Assembly: GCA_040285745.1 (NCBI GenBank)
Contig: JAUFOR010000002.1
Span: 868,001 to 932,000 of the forward strand
Length of the DNA: 64,000 nucleotides
Origin: Barthelona sp. PCE
Taxonomy: Eukaryota
Direction: 5' to 3'
Positions 42,823-53,100 of the stretch are shown here, one piece after another (within the stretch, counting starts at the first letter, position 1; the number at the start of each line of letters is the position of its first letter). A program made the translations under genes and the position numbers. The notes under the pieces are model-generated. The model ran no database searches and was not told the origin of the DNA. It saw only the letters and a list, made by a program, of their open reading frames with translations.

Positions 42823-43890
42823 ATGGATGTTGAAGTTTTTTCACATTTCGAATTGCCAGGGCATCTTCGATCACACTTGAATACCGAATTAGATGGGATG
42901 GGAGTTGCTAAAATGCAAAGAACGCTTCAACATTTTTCTAGCAGAGTTTCATACAATCATGAATGTATTTTAAGAGCAAAAAATCTGTTTACAAGTGAAC
43001 ACGAAAGGGTTGAACATGAACAAAGAGAGAACACACAGCTTATAGTATTACCAATTACGTTTGTATTGCGTTCAACAGAGAAAATTCAAGAAGGGATCAT
43101 TCACAGTTGTGACATTAACCCAACAAATACTTTGATGAGTGCAGGAGGAGTAGATGGACTTAGTGTGCTGAATATGAGTGGTAAAAAACACTTTTTCCGT
43201 TCGTTTACTTCTCCAGTCCGTGATTGCTCATTCTGCCCTGAATATAATTATATAATCGCTTCATTAGAGAGCTCGAGATCGCAACTAATCGATTTAGAGA
43301 CACAACATACAACACAGACATTCACTGGTCATGCTGGAAGTGTGTATTGCAACGCAGTTCACCCAACGCTTCCCCTTTTTTTCAGCGGGGGTCGTGACGG
43401 AGCAGTGTGTGCATTCGATCTTCGTCAAGGAAAACCGACACAGCGGCTTTACAGTGCTCGGTGTCCTGTTCTAAGTCTTGCAGCCAGCTTATTCTATGTC
43501 GTTGCAGGTGATCAAGATGGAAACGTTCATCACTTTGATCTTAGATCCCCTAACAAGCCTATAGTTGATACATCTGGTGTCAGGCCGATCAGAAAAATCA
43601 TTTCAGCATCTCATACTAGCTTCAGTGTGATTGATTCCCAAAAAATACGTCAGTATTACAGGGGAAACGAGTACAGATCAAAAGACCTCCCAAATAGTGT
43701 CGTGACGGGATGTTACAATACTGAGGATGGATCGACAATGCTTTTCAACCTCAAGGAAGGTATTCGTCTTGACTCCGACTTAGAAATAGATGGATCGTAT
43801 CATATGGGAGCAAATGCCTGTGTATTTGATAAGACATGTGAGCGTCTGTTTCTTTTTGATAGAAAAGGGACGCTAAGAGTTTATGAATGA
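42823..43890 (+). CDS. PLRG1: PLRG1/Prp46-like WD40 splicing factor
   Basis: DLETQHTTQTFTGHAGSVYCNAVHPT..GGRDG and GANACVFDKTCERL..TLRVY match Prp46 WD repeats. Confidence 0.7.
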   Translation: MDVEVFSHFELPGHLRSHLNTELDGMGVAKMQRTLQHFSSRVSYNHECILRAKNLFTSEHERVEHEQRENTQLIVLPITFVLRSTEKIQEGIIHSCDINPTNTLMSAGGVDGLSVLNMSGKKHFFRSFTSPVRDCSFCPEYNYIIASLESSRSQLIDLETQHTTQTFTGHAGSVYCNAVHPTLPLFFSGGRDGAVCAFDLRQGKPTQRLYSARCPVLSLAASLFYVVAGDQDGNVHHFDLRSPNKPIVDTSGVRPIRKIISASHTSFSVIDSQKIRQYYRGNEYRSKDLPNSVVTGCYNTEDGSTMLFNLKEGIRLDSDLEIDGSYHMGANACVFDKTCERLFLFDRKGTLRVYE

Positions 43891-44244
43891 TATTATTCTT
43901 TGGAAAATACTTTTTTTCTTTGGCTCAGGTAAAAGTTGTTCCTTTTCTAACGTATTGAGTCGTTCAACATCTTGTAATGGTTGATTTAGTAATATTTCAG
44001 GTTGTGAAAGAACAGTACTGCAAACAACAGAATAAACTTCATTGTATCTATCTGCAAAGTTTGCTAGTCTTCTTTTTTCAGTCAGACTGAGAGAAGCGGA
44101 TGAAAAATCATCTATACAATGTGAAAAAGCCCTAAAAGTCAATCGTTCAACATATTCTTTAACAAAACTACGTTGAAAATGACTTTGAAGTTCAATGAGA
44201 AACTTTTGCTCCTTTGTGAGAAGAGATCTCGATGACCAATTCAT
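43873..44244 (-). CDS. TIM9: Tim9-like small TIM intermembrane-space chaperone with degenerate twin CX3C
   Basis: RLTFRAFSHCIDDFSSASLSLTEKRRLANFADRY aligns without gaps to recalled yeast Tim9 [34 protein letters not shown]; start ATG 44244 (44277 alternative). Confidence 0.72.
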   Translation of the reverse strand: MNWSSRSLLTKEQKFLIELQSHFQRSFVKEYVERLTFRAFSHCIDDFSSASLSLTEKRRLANFADRYNEVYSVVCSTVLSQPEILLNQPLQDVERLNTLEKEQLLPEPKKKSIFQRIISFINS

Positions 44245-44277
44245 TGAATGAGTATTTAAAATGTAAAGCAAGTTCAT

Positions 44278-46206
44278 TTACTGAAAAAATCTTTTGGTGT
44301 CTGATAGAGCCTGAGGAAAACCTTTGACTTGATAACTTGTACGTATCCATTCAGAAAGAAGATGGTTCAGTCTGCCGAATCGGTGATCCAAGAGCAAAGC
44401 AACGCCATAATCTCTGGAATGTCGAATAACTCGGCCTATGCATTGGTTTACCTTTCTCATTGTTTCAACTTCAATCAATCTCCACTCTTCTTGTCCACCA
44501 GTAGCTAAGCGCAACCTTGTCGGGTTGACATGAGGATTAGGAAATGGGAGTCCGGCAATGATGACAATCCGAGCTATGTCATCCTTGAAATCCACGCCTT
44601 CTGAATAACGACCACCAATAACAGCAGTTAGAACAGCCTTCCCTTCCATGGTTGCGTTGCTAAAGTCATCAAAATTCTCTGATCGAAACACAGTGCAACC
44701 AACGTCAGGCAAACCACAATGGAACAAGTCCTCAACCTTTTTAGAAGGAAAGAAGACCACAATACCACCTTTGTTTGGGGCTACACGTGTGATTAGTGGC
44801 AGTGCTCTCTGTAAACATTTGACAGACTTGTCTCGGAAAGCAAACGAGAAGTCAAAAAAATTGCTTGCCAGTTTTTCAACCAGAAAGCAGCGGAACTGAG
44901 ACGGAGCAATGACGTGCGGCGCCACATACGACGATTGGAACGTGAGAAATTCGGAAAAATAATCGAATGGTTCCATCGTTCCACCCACAAGTGAAGCACT
45001 TTTGTAGTTATCAAGCGTCCTATTAAGGAGTGGGAATGGGTTACAACAGAAGAGATGAATGGTGTTTTCGTCCCGTGAGAGAAACACAGTATCAATGAGG
45101 GACTTGTACGAGAAACTTTTCTGTAACTTTTGCAGAAAGCGCAAGCATTCAACAATAGGGTTCTCATCGTTCTTGTTAATATGCATTTTGTGCTGCAACT
45201 TTTCCTCATATATGAAGAAAAAGAGAGCAGGGAATCCGTGAGGATCAATTCGAGAGGAAAGCTGTCGAAGAGATGAGCATTCAGTGAAACTGGAAATCTT
45301 GGTAAGAATAGAAGCGAAATCACGCAACTTTACCAGTTTATCACTCCCCAACACACGCATATATCTCTTGATATAAGTGTTAACACATTCAACGGCTCTG
45401 TCAAACATTATGATGGATACAGATGCAGACAGAAGAGAGTTGGCAGCATCAGGCATGTTATGCCCCTCATCGATGATAAGATGCGGCTCACTTGCCCAGC
45501 AATCCATGAATAGAAGCGGATATGGCATTAGGATGATGTCAGCAAAGCGCAACAATCTCCGGATAGCGTAATATGGACACTCTTTCATTGCCATTCCTTG
45601 TTGTTTCTGTTCATCAGCGCCAATGCACGTATGTGCTAACGTCATCATGAGGCCTTCAACATCTTTCCTGAACTTGCAGTGTGATTTGGGACAGAGTTCA
45701 TCTAAACATGGATTACTCGAGAGTTCTGGATGAATACACACCTTTTTCCTGCTAGAAACAACGACACTTAATCGGGTAGGACAGGTTTTTTCCAGTTCTC
45801 CAGCCATTTGAGCCAATTGTGTGTGGGTTCTAGTCGAAAAAATTACAACAGGGTGGGTGATCCTTCCAACATCCTCTATGTCAGGCAAAACACCATCCTT
45901 TAAGAGGTTAACATGTGACTGATGTTCTGAATTCTGTTCATTGATAAGTTCAGCTTGAATCTCGGAGTGTTTCTTTGGTATCCATGATGGAAGACCAGTT
46001 GAATTTGTAGTTGGAGAAACAGCATTTAAGTACAGATTTGAACGTAAAAAACTTTCAATTGCAACTGCAACCGCAATACTTTTACCTGTACCGGTTGGAG
46101 ATTCAAAAAGACCGATATTTGAGTCATTCATAACCCCTAAAAGCCTACGTGCAAGAGTTAATTGGCCCTCATATGGTGTAAATCTGAAAAGCTTTCGAAG
46201 ATCAAT
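44278..46206 (-). CDS. DDX11: DDX11/Chl1 (XPD-family Fe-S) DNA helicase; 5' end uncertain
   Basis: FESPTGTGKS, STRTHTQL, CPYY, IIDEGHN, GGTMEP, SEGVDFKDD, VNQCIGRVIRH..DYG; Q-motif FRFTPYEGQ lies upstream of first ATG 46131. Confidence 0.88.
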   Translation of the reverse strand: MDLRKLFRFTPYEGQLTLARRLLGVMNDSNIGLFESPTGTGKSIAVAVAIESFLRSNLYLNAVSPTTNSTGLPSWIPKKHSEIQAELINEQNSEHQSHVNLLKDGVLPDIEDVGRITHPVVIFSTRTHTQLAQMAGELEKTCPTRLSVVVSSRKKVCIHPELSSNPCLDELCPKSHCKFRKDVEGLMMTLAHTCIGADEQKQQGMAMKECPYYAIRRLLRFADIILMPYPLLFMDCWASEPHLIIDEGHNMPDAANSLLSASVSIIMFDRAVECVNTYIKRYMRVLGSDKLVKLRDFASILTKISSFTECSSLRQLSSRIDPHGFPALFFFIYEEKLQHKMHINKNDENPIVECLRFLQKLQKSFSYKSLIDTVFLSRDENTIHLFCCNPFPLLNRTLDNYKSASLVGGTMEPFDYFSEFLTFQSSYVAPHVIAPSQFRCFLVEKLASNFFDFSFAFRDKSVKCLQRALPLITRVAPNKGGIVVFFPSKKVEDLFHCGLPDVGCTVFRSENFDDFSNATMEGKAVLTAVIGGRYSEGVDFKDDIARIVIIAGLPFPNPHVNPTRLRLATGGQEEWRLIEVETMRKVNQCIGRVIRHSRDYGVALLLDHRFGRLNHLLSEWIRTSYQVKGFPQALSDTKRFFQ

Positions 46207-46841
46207 TGGAAAAAAGTGTTGTTTAAGATAGTGCTCTAAATGTTAGATTAATCTGGAAAAACAGTGGCTATTTATTATTTCGCTCACTCTGAATCCGGTT
46301 TAGTTCCTTTCAAATTCAGATATGGAACCCTGCAATGAAATTCATATTTCCTTATTGTAAAGGATTCAAAAAATCAATGTAAAATTGTTTTGAGGCACTC
46401 TAAAAGTATGTCAAAGAAATCAAAATAACGACTATTCAAACTTTTTATTCCAATATCTCATTGTATTTGATTCACCTTTTATGTGTGCTTAAAACACTGC
46501 AATAAGCATTTTTAAGCTATTTCAGGAAAGAAAATGCAGAAAAATGGTATTTTGTTAAAGAAATGTTTTTTTACTAAAACTTAATTTTGAGCTTGACCTT
46601 TCAGTACAAATCACACGAATACACAGTGATATTATCTTTATAACCATGAAACAGTGATACATAGCAGAAAGAGTAGTAAACCATGGAACTCAACGCACGT
46701 TGGATTCCGCACGAATCCAAGGCATGGATCAGCCTAGGTACAGAGTACGGCGCCCAGTGGACCCAGAGACAAAACAGCGAAGGCAAAACACAGCCCAACA
46801 CCTCCTTTGAATTATCTTACTTTTATTCAACAAGTTTAAAA

Positions 46842-48202
46842 ATGGGCAAAGAAAAGATTCACGTTGGTGTATGCTCGTAAAGGCCGCCTGGAGCGGTTTC
46901 TTAAGTGTAACTCTTCTAACTCCTAGCTCGTCGTCATTGGACACGTCGATGTCGGTAAATCTACCACCACTGGTCACTTGATCTACAAGTGCGGTGGTAT
47001 TAACGATCGTGACCTTGCTAAGCTTGAGCAGGAAGCTGCCAACCTTGGTAAGGGTTCTTTCAAGTACGCTTTCGTTCTTGATAAGCTCCAGTCCGAGCGT
47101 GAGCGTGGTATCACAATTGATATCGCTCTTCACAAGTTCCAGACTGATAAGTTCGCTTACACCATCATTGATGCCCCTGGTCACCGTGATTTCATTAAGA
47201 ACATGATTACTGGTACTTCCCAGGCTGATATCGCTCTTCTTGTCGTTGCCGCTGGTACTGGTGAGTTCGAAGCTGGTATTTCCAAGAACGGTCAGACCCG
47301 TGAGCATGCTCTTCTTGCTTTCACCCTCGGTGTCTCCCAGATGATTGTTGCCATTAACAAGATGGACGATGGTTCTGTCAACTACGGTCAGGATCGTTAC
47401 AACGAGATCAAGGATGAGGTTTCCAACTACCTTAAGCGTGTTGGTTACAAGCCCGCCAAGGTCCCCTTCATCCCTATCTCCGGTTTCAACGGTGATAACA
47501 TGATCGAGAAGTCCCCTAACATGCCCTGGTACAATGGTCCCACCCTTTACCAAGCTCTTGATGCTATCACTCCCCCCAAGCGCCCTCACGATAAGCCTCT
47601 TCGTCTTCCCCCTTCAGGATGTCTACAAGATTGCTGGTATCGGAACAGTGCCCGTTGGTCGTGTCGAGACTGGTACCCTCCGTCCCAACACTTCTGTTAC
47701 CTTCGCCCCCGCTGGTGTCGTTGCTGACTGTAAGTCTGTTGAGATGCACCACCAGGCTGTTCCCCAGGCTGTCCCTGGTGACAACGTTGGTTTCAACATC
47801 AAGGGTGTTGCTGCTTCCGACCTCAACCGTGGTTTCGTCGCTTCCGAGACTAACAACGATCCCGCCAAGCAGGCTATTGACTTCACCGCTCAGGTCGTCG
47901 TCATGTCCCACCCTGGTGAGATCCGTCCCGGTTACACCCCCGTTATTGATTGTCACACTGCTCACATTTCTTGCCGTTTCGATGCTCTTCTCAAGAAGAT
48001 CAACCGTCGTACCGGTCAAGTCGCTGCTGAGAACCCCGAGTTTGTCAAGGCTGGTGACTCCGTCATTGCCCGTCTCATTCCCGGTAAGCCTCTCTGTGTC
48101 GAGCCTTTCACCCAGTACTCCCCTCTCGGTCGTTTCGCCGTCCGTGATATGCGCCGTACCGTTGGTGTTGGTGTCATCAAGGAGGTCAACAAGGCTGCTT
48201 AA
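46842..48202 (+). CDS. EEF1A: EF-1alpha copy 2 (exons 46842-46868, 46927-48202) with +1 frameshift in C-run 47608-47612 (assembly error or pseudogene)
   Basis: CCCCC here versus CCCC in copy 1; otherwise the same sequence. Confidence 0.88.
46869..46926 (+). other. Spliceosomal intron in EF-1alpha copy 2 (58 nt)
   Basis: Identical to 40997-41054. Confidence 0.92.
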
Positions 48203-48226
48203 GCTTCTGTAATAAACATTGTTGCT

Positions 48227-49753
48227 TTACTTCTTGTTCTTCTTACTCTTCTCATCTAGTTCAGTCCAGTATTGTTTCAGTTTCTTTGAAGTAATTGGAG
48301 TGATTGTTGCCTGCAATATGGAATCAGGATCCCAACCGAACCTTAACATCTTAGCCTCCACTTCTTCGTAAAACGGCTGATTGAGCTCAAACAAATAACG
48401 GAATTGATTCTTTTCACCAGTGATATTAGCAAGCATCTCAACAGATTCTAGATCCTTAGAGATCAATTTAGGGATGATTCGTCTACGATTTTTAAAGAAT
48501 TCACTAAATATGACTGTTTTAGGAAGATTTAGCTCTGCAATAACATCACAGAAAGTATCAAAAGAGATAGAACAGTATTTGGGATGTGAACTCATTCTCT
48601 CGCTAAGTTCTTCTCTCTCAACAGCATTGAGTTCCATTACTCTATCCATTTCATTGGCGAACTTACGTTTGTGTTCAGCATCAAGAAGATGACTGCCCTT
48701 GAGACGGCAATACAGCAGAACATCACGAGCGTACGCCATTTTTCCAGGGAACATGCGCTGTGTGTCCACCAACAAGGAAGTCTTAACAATCGCTTGTGTA
48801 AACAAAACATGAGACAGTGCCGTTAGCATATCCAAAATTATATGCTTACTGACTCTCTTAGTGTTACAGTGATCAAACAGTCGGAATACGCTGACTTCTT
48901 TCATGTTCGTAAGAGCCAGGGGAACTGCGTGTTCTAAAGGAAGTGCACGGATGCTGTTAAGCTTAAACTTTGTGCGCTCTCGGTATTGTTCTAATACTGG
49001 TTTGAATTGATTTTGACTGGAAGGGAAAAGGGAGTCGACGTCTTCACATTTGGCACCCCTTGGGCCAGCATCTCTTCCCATCATGTCCTCAAACACAGAG
49101 TTGCGCTTGTTATCATCATATAATTGATATGGTCCCGTGTACACTTTAGCTGTTTTCTTGAGCTCTTCAGCTTTCTGATATTGAGACGGATCTCCGTTCT
49201 TTCTCTCATCAACTATTATGATGTCTTTGAGATGCTGACGCTTAGGACGCATTTGAAGAAGACGGCGTAGTGGAACAAAGTGGAAGGTGTTCTCTTCGTT
49301 CTTTTTCTGCTTTAAGAGTACACCCATGTTAGTACTTGGCCTCATATCATAACTGGTATATGTCAAAATATCTGGATAATGATCCATTTGTCGTAAATTT
49401 TCGCTATTGTACCAGAATGCCTCTCTGTCGAGTTCCATATCAAGTTCAAGCCTGTTAATATGCATTCTATACCGTGCCTCTGTAAATTTAGGCGGTTTCT
49501 CTTCGCTTTGTGGAAATTGAAGATAGGCCAGCTTATCAAACATCTCATCAGAAACAAATAATGGAGCAATCTCTTCAATTTCATCATCTTCGATAGTATC
49601 TGCAAAGTGATTCTTGATAGATTCAACTTCACTCTCCCAAAACTTATGAAATCCCTCTTCTGTATCATTTTGTACGATTTCTTGCCCTTGGTCATCAACA
49701 AAAGGCTCCATAGCCCCTCTTTCCGGCTCTCCTTCAGAGCCAAATGATTCCAT
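48227..49753 (-). CDS. RPC5: RNA polymerase III subunit RPC5 (POLR3E/Sin-like), divergent
   Basis: YLQFP, RLELDMELD...Y, GVL...FHFVPLRRLLQMRP parallel Sin_N motifs (LQYP; ELE..LD....Y; G....LHLTPV....QMRP); first ATG 49753. Confidence 0.62.
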   Translation of the reverse strand: MESFGSEGEPERGAMEPFVDDQGQEIVQNDTEEGFHKFWESEVESIKNHFADTIEDDEIEEIAPLFVSDEMFDKLAYLQFPQSEEKPPKFTEARYRMHINRLELDMELDREAFWYNSENLRQMDHYPDILTYTSYDMRPSTNMGVLLKQKKNEENTFHFVPLRRLLQMRPKRQHLKDIIIVDERKNGDPSQYQKAEELKKTAKVYTGPYQLYDDNKRNSVFEDMMGRDAGPRGAKCEDVDSLFPSSQNQFKPVLEQYRERTKFKLNSIRALPLEHAVPLALTNMKEVSVFRLFDHCNTKRVSKHIILDMLTALSHVLFTQAIVKTSLLVDTQRMFPGKMAYARDVLLYCRLKGSHLLDAEHKRKFANEMDRVMELNAVEREELSERMSSHPKYCSISFDTFCDVIAELNLPKTVIFSEFFKNRRRIIPKLISKDLESVEMLANITGEKNQFRYLFELNQPFYEEVEAKMLRFGWDPDSILQATITPITSKKLKQYWTELDEKSKKNKK

Positions 49754-49792
49754 TTGTAAAGAAGGTGTAATTGCAAATAGCACGTTTTTTTC

Positions 49793-50152
49793 ATGGCAAG
49801 TTTAAGGTCTGGACAAGAATTTCCGGCTGCTTGGCAAGAGCAAGTATATTTCAATATCGAAAATGAGGGCATAACCTTAATCCAGGCATATTTTATATTT
49901 GACACAGCTGTGAACGGTGTGACAACTGATAATCAATCTACAAGTGTGGGTGTCGAACGTGTAAGTGAAAAAATCATCAGCATTGGGTTTGAGGAAGTTA
50001 TTACCAAGTATCCAATGCATTCTTTAAACAATTTTCATACACTTAAAGTTGGGTGTATAAGTCGGACAGATGAAGAGTTTACTAGCACATTTTTGGTTAA
50101 ATTTCACTTAGTTGATGAAGAATCGATGACCTTTAGCATATATCCAATATAA
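49793..50152 (+). CDS. Hypothetical 119-aa beta-rich protein
   Basis: ATG ORF filling the gap between RPC5 and Vps15. Confidence 0.55.
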   Translation: MASLRSGQEFPAAWQEQVYFNIENEGITLIQAYFIFDTAVNGVTTDNQSTSVGVERVSEKIISIGFEEVITKYPMHSLNNFHTLKVGCISRTDEEFTSTFLVKFHLVDEESMTFSIYPI

Positions 50153-50176
50153 TAGTTGTTTATTGAAGATTTATTT

Positions 50177-53100
50177 CTATTTGTAAAGTTTGATGATACC
50201 ACAGCCCTGTGCGATCGCGACATAATCATGCTGCGCAACTCTGAATCCTACTATATCTTTTACGGGGAGCTGCGACCCGCTGCTAACAGGAGAGACCCCT
50301 AAACCCATTTGCTGCACGACTGCATTCCCAAACCTGTCATAACACACTCCTTTCTGCACTGCGTGTCGAGTGCCATCGATAGAGACGAATTTCTCATCGA
50401 ACAACCCGAGGACTCGACTTTCTGATATTCTGTTGAAGTCTAACATTCGCACAACTCCCTGTCGACTACCTGTTAAGAGGCGTGAACTGTTACTGGGGTT
50501 AAACAGGCGACACACTATATCTGAGCTATCTTTTGCGTCCAAGAGTGCTGAAAGTGAAGAGATACTGTCAATGTCTGTGTTTTCAATCCACCTATTACTG
50601 TTTTTAGAAAGTAGTGTCAGTCCGGCATCGTCAGTCCCACGATCACAGTTATGGACACTGTACAACAATCTTCCATCGCTTAACGAGAACAACTCCATTG
50701 TACCAGGGCGGACAGAAACAAAAACGCCCTTGCCAGTTCCAACATGTACTCCGCTTGTGACGGAGACCGCATTCACTGGAAGGCGAAGTTTATGTGCAAA
50801 CACAGCGCTGAGAAGCATAAATCTGAAATCAATCAAGCCGATGTAACCACGGTTTGTACCAAACACGAGAATATACCCATCATCACTTGTGTCAGAAGCT
50901 GTAACACATCCAAGACATGGTGGTATCTCCACTGTTCCAACGGAGGAAACAATTCTATCATCAAATACCTCAACTGCACCAGTGGATGGCACTAACAGAA
51001 GTGTTCTTCCATCCACACAGGGAAGCACTGTTTTGAAATTTGAGTCACCTCTTACACAGGTGTACTGTGTCTTTTCGGTGAGGGAACCCATCGATAGTGT
51101 AAAGATGGACTTCTGCGTTGCAATAGCCATCATTTCTCCTGATATACCGTTGTATGCACAAGCACTATTTATCATATCATTGTCAGGCCTCTCAACGATA
51201 AACTCCGGAAGCGGGCTGAGCTCTTTGACAAACCGGTTCATCCTCCAGAATGTCAGACCGGTACCGCAACCAACGAGGAACGAACTCGTCGCTACAAGGC
51301 TATCTGTGCACATGTCCTTCTGCTCGAGATGCGCAATTAGGTTTCCGTAGACCTTGAATCGCTCGTCAAGGTTCTGGTGTGCTGCGAGCGTTGGTTTGTC
51401 TGTAGTGAGCTTCAACTCTGGTCGCTTGGTACTGTGAGACGTTGCTGTCCCTAACACTGTCTCGCTTCGCTCAGAAATCGAGTCCTGGGTCACGTTAACG
51501 ACAGAAACTGGGGAGAAAGGCATCATTATGGGAGATTGAGGAGGGGAAAGAGCCTTGACAGAATATTCACGGTATCTCAGCTCGATGGTATCGACAATTG
51601 GTCTCTCCTCAACAATACGTCCGTAGTTGCCTGCAATTGATGCAAAGAGATCAATGTATGGGTACTTTTCGCGTTCTGCTGCGGAGAGTTCCTGATTGTC
51701 CAGAAAACGTACGAAAACGTGAGATGGGACAGGTGGGTGTACGAAAAGAGATAATCTCTGTTTCTGGTAAACCAATATAGGGTGCTTCAGAACAGGTGCG
51801 AGCACAGGTACAACAAAAGTGCAAAGGTCTGCCGAATCCATAAGATCGAAAAACGCATCAAAAACTGACAACGCGTTACGCCTTAGAAGACTGTTCGGGT
51901 GAACAAGAAAACAAGCTATACTGGCCGCTGTGTTCTGTATTTTTGTATTGGAAAGTCCTGGGGGGCGGTGGGCGGTGCAATGCTCGAATAGCTGTCGCAT
52001 AGAAGAGAGAACAGCGCTGACAACATGCTGGTTGGCATCCAAAATACCCTGATCCAACGCAGAGAACATACAGTCGCGTATTCTCGTGGAACGCAGCCAC
52101 TTAGCCAGAGCACCAATGGCACGAAAGAACGCCAAGCGAAGGATCCATTCATCAACGCCGAGGAACGTTATGAGATCCATAAACCGCGTTTCTCGTGCCT
52201 CGTTAGAAAGGAAGAACTGAAATCCATCACTAACAAAAAGTCCAACCATCTGCTGTTTCAGGACTGGAGAGAAACGGCGGGAACTTTTATCAAGAATAAC
52301 ACCCTCAAACATACGTGATAAGATCCTGCCAGTGCTCTTTATAAATCCAACACGAACGTCCGTTACTGCACGTTGTGCTAATGTGGCGATTGGCTCAATC
52401 ACAACTTCCATTGCTTTCAATACAACAATTCGAATATGAGAGTCCTTGTGGTTGACGAGTGTGTAGCATAGCGGCCACAGTGTTGTCTTTATCATAAGAA
52501 GCAACGTTTCTATGTCTGTAGCGCTCGAATCGGCTGCAATTCTTTGTAAAAAAAGTCCTAAAGTGCGCAACGTTGTTACTACTAGTGGTGCTGATACAGT
52601 ACCAGCGTCTTCACATTCTAGCAGTGTTAGCAGCAATGGTATTATATCTCGTTGTATGCACACACAATTGATATTGATGAAAATGCGCATCAAAAGCAGA
52701 GCCTTTACGACCAAATCTGTGTTAACTGAAGGTAGGATGCTTGTAGTGACCAGAGGCACAAGAAGCTCGATTCCACAACCAAAAAAGCGGTTAACAGTAC
52801 TTATGAAGTTGTCACTTGGACACTCCAACGGCTGCAAAGCAGTGTATCCGACAGCACGATCAAAAACATGTGACAGTGTTGTCCAATCGTCATGATCACA
52901 CTCATCATCTATGAGCAGCTCAAAGAAGAAAAAAATTACAGGGATTCGAATCTCTATTGCTACTCCAGATATTAACTCCAAAAACCAATGAACCCGGCGC
53001 ATTTCCGGTGTGAAAAGCGCACAATGCATGAATTCATCCATTGAAGGACGATCACTGGGGTCACTACTTAACGCCCGTCCAATCAATGACTCAAGTGGAC

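Larger units (their letters stand above)
46671..48203 (+). repeat. Direct duplication, copy 2 (EF-1alpha plus 171 nt upstream)
   Basis: Matches 40799-42330. Confidence 0.95.

Noticed and set aside
46288-46345. TGA reassignment to explain the two in-frame TGAs upstream of DDX11
   Set aside because: TGA terminates other genes here (280, 36623, 43890), and conserved genes show no internal TGA
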